From: Carcharhinus longimanus | Taxonomy: Eukaryota | Assembly: GCA_030264375.1 (NCBI GenBank) | Contig: JASCQW010000043.1 | Location: forward strand, 77,879,051-77,943,050 | Direction of reading: 5' to 3' | DNA: 64,000 nucleotides | Part shown: positions 62,363 to 64,000 of the stretch, piece after piece | How positions within the stretch are numbered: the stretch's first letter is position 1 | How the letters are laid out: each line of letters begins with the position of its first letter | The notes under the pieces: generated by a model | Databases searched by the model: none | Seen by the model: only the letters and a program-made list of their open reading frames with translations | What the model was told of the DNA's origin: nothing | Position numbers and translations under genes: made by a program

Positions 62363-62678
62363 CATAGAGAAATCATGGAAACCCTACAGTGCAGAAGGAG
62401 GTCATTCGGCCACCGACAACAATCCCACCTAGGCCTTATTCCCCCAACCCCACATACTTACCCTGCTAATCGCTCTAACCTATGCATCCCAGGACAGTAA
62501 AGGACAATTTAGCAAGGACAATGCACCTAGCCTGCACATCTTTGGACATTGGGAGGAAACCGGAGTACCCGGAGGAAACCCACGCAGATGCTGAGAGAAT
62601 ATGCAAACCCCACACAGACCGTGACCTGAGGCCGGGAATCGAACCTGGAGCTGTGAGGCCGTAGTGCTAACCACTGTG
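62363..62678 (-). mobile_element. HE1-type V-SINE, CR1-like tail
   Basis: cacagtggttagcactac..ggttcgattccc; V-domain ctgcgtgggtttcctccgggtactccggtttcctccc. Confidence 0.92.
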
Positions 62679-63157
62679 GAATTTGGCTTATTGGATCAAC
62701 ACCAGACAGTTAACCCTGGCTGTAATTGGGTGGAACTCCCTAAACTGACTTTGGAAATGAAGGATATTGACTAATGCATGGGTTGGACACATTAGGCTTT
62801 CACTCCATTGTGATAATTTATGAATGGTCCATATTGTTGTTAATAAGGAAATGTTTAAACATGTACCTGAGTATGTGAGAGACAGAGTTATGGTGTGGGA
62901 TAAAATGCTGGGAGGCCTTGCTGCTCCCCCAGTAGACTTACCTAAGGTAATCAAAATTTGTTCTCATCATTCAGTCCGACGTTGCAGTCAATGTTGATTG
63001 CCAATTGCTGGATTTTCTCCATTAATTGTGCCACAACTTCTTAAAATTAGAAAATAATACAGGTGGGTATCATTGTTTCCAAACACATGAGCCACCAGCT
63101 GGTCACAATGCCTACTTCTGGAAGCTGCGAAACTGCATTCCATGGTCTTGCCCACTT

Positions 63158-63187
63158 GTACCGCAGTCCAACGCCGGCATCTCCACA
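63158..63187 (+). mobile_element. 30-bp Penelope 3'-terminal insertion with 12-bp TSD
   Basis: tcttgcccactt [gtaccgcagtccaacgccggcatctccaca] tcttgcccactt; insert matches the pLTR end at 42860-42890. Confidence 0.85.
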
Positions 63188-63812
63188 TCTTGCCCACTTA
63201 CCCAGGTACATATGGATCATGGCTTTTCAGTTCCGCAAGCATCCGGGGGCAGTTTTCTGGCTGTGTCGTTTCTGGTGCAGATTCTGTTGGGGCCTTTCAG
63301 GGTTGGAGAAACATGGGGGAGCAGGTTTTTAGGAGTATTTAGCACGGGCAAGAACCCATTTTGGGATACTACAAGCCCCATGCCTGGATGTAACCTGGTT
63401 CCTGCCCAGCAAGAGTGGGAACCAGATTACAGATTTAAGTATTCATTGAAATATGTTTTGATGATTTCAAGCTGGATTCTCCCTGCTCCAACCCTTGGGG
63501 GGCAGTGGGATCCCAGCAAGAATCATTACTGGTCTTCATTGATGGCGATACTGGTGGGGATGCCTGGAGGTCATTGAACCCTTCGGTTGGTTGGGGACAT
63601 GGGGCCAATCTGTCAGAACTGGAACAAATCTTTCTCCTCTCCCTAAAACTGGCTAAGTGCAGAAAGATTGCTCTGCCCTCCAGCTTATTCCTACCCTTCC
63701 CAGTAGGAAGTCCAGCGAGTGCCACTCTCTCCTAGTCCTGACAAGTGGGGACTAGCTGCTGTGGCCTCAGAGATTGGCAAGAAGGTAAGTACTGCCTCCA
63801 ACGGTGCCAGTT

Positions 63813-63863
63813 ATAGAGTCATAGAGGTTTACAGCATGGAAACAGGCCCTTTGGCCCAACTTG
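63813..63863 (-). mobile_element. CR1 3' tail running into a gap
   Basis: atagagtcatagaggtttacagcatggaaacaggccctttggcccaac, compare 18829-18875. Confidence 0.75.
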
Positions 63864-64000
63864 NNNNNNNNNNNNNNNNNNNNNNNNNNNNNNNNNNNNN
63901 NNNNNNNNNNNNNNNNNNNNNNNNNNNNNNNNNNNNNNNNNNNNNNNNNNNNNNNNNNNNNNNTCAGGCTCCTGTGATACTGGTGGTCCCGACCTCTTTG

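Noticed and set aside
63026-63577. 183-aa ORF
   Set aside because: Runs across a Penelope micro-insertion and a MITE-like boundary; a chance ORF.

Overview
Vertebrate genomic DNA from a gapped draft assembly (17 N-gaps, many exactly 100 N). The repeats (HE1/V-SINEs, HER1-type CR1 LINEs, Rex1/Babar, RTE, Deu-domain SINEs, Penelope-like elements) point to a shark or other elasmobranch. The only host protein-coding sequence is a Di-Ras GTPase CDS on the minus strand (110-706, 198 aa, closest to DIRAS2), contained in one exon whose splice acceptor lies 26 nt before the ATG. Positions ~740-5700 have no recognisable TEs, are relatively CpG-rich and contain candidate 5'UTR exons. The remaining ~58 kb is TE-rich non-coding DNA (intron or intergenic). 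The most unusual structure is a ~140-bp near-perfect inverted repeat (4219-4365 / 5217-5356) that matches no TE I recognise and brackets a candidate DIRAS 5'UTR exon or promoter. Other points of interest: Penelope pseudo-LTRs carrying hammerhead-ribozyme cores, a 30-bp Penelope-tail insertion with a 12-bp TSD, an HE1 SINE subfamily whose tail resembles Rex1 rather than CR1, and a strong G-quadruplex candidate in the DIRAS 3'UTR. TE boundaries are approximate and family names come from recalled motifs, not a database search.
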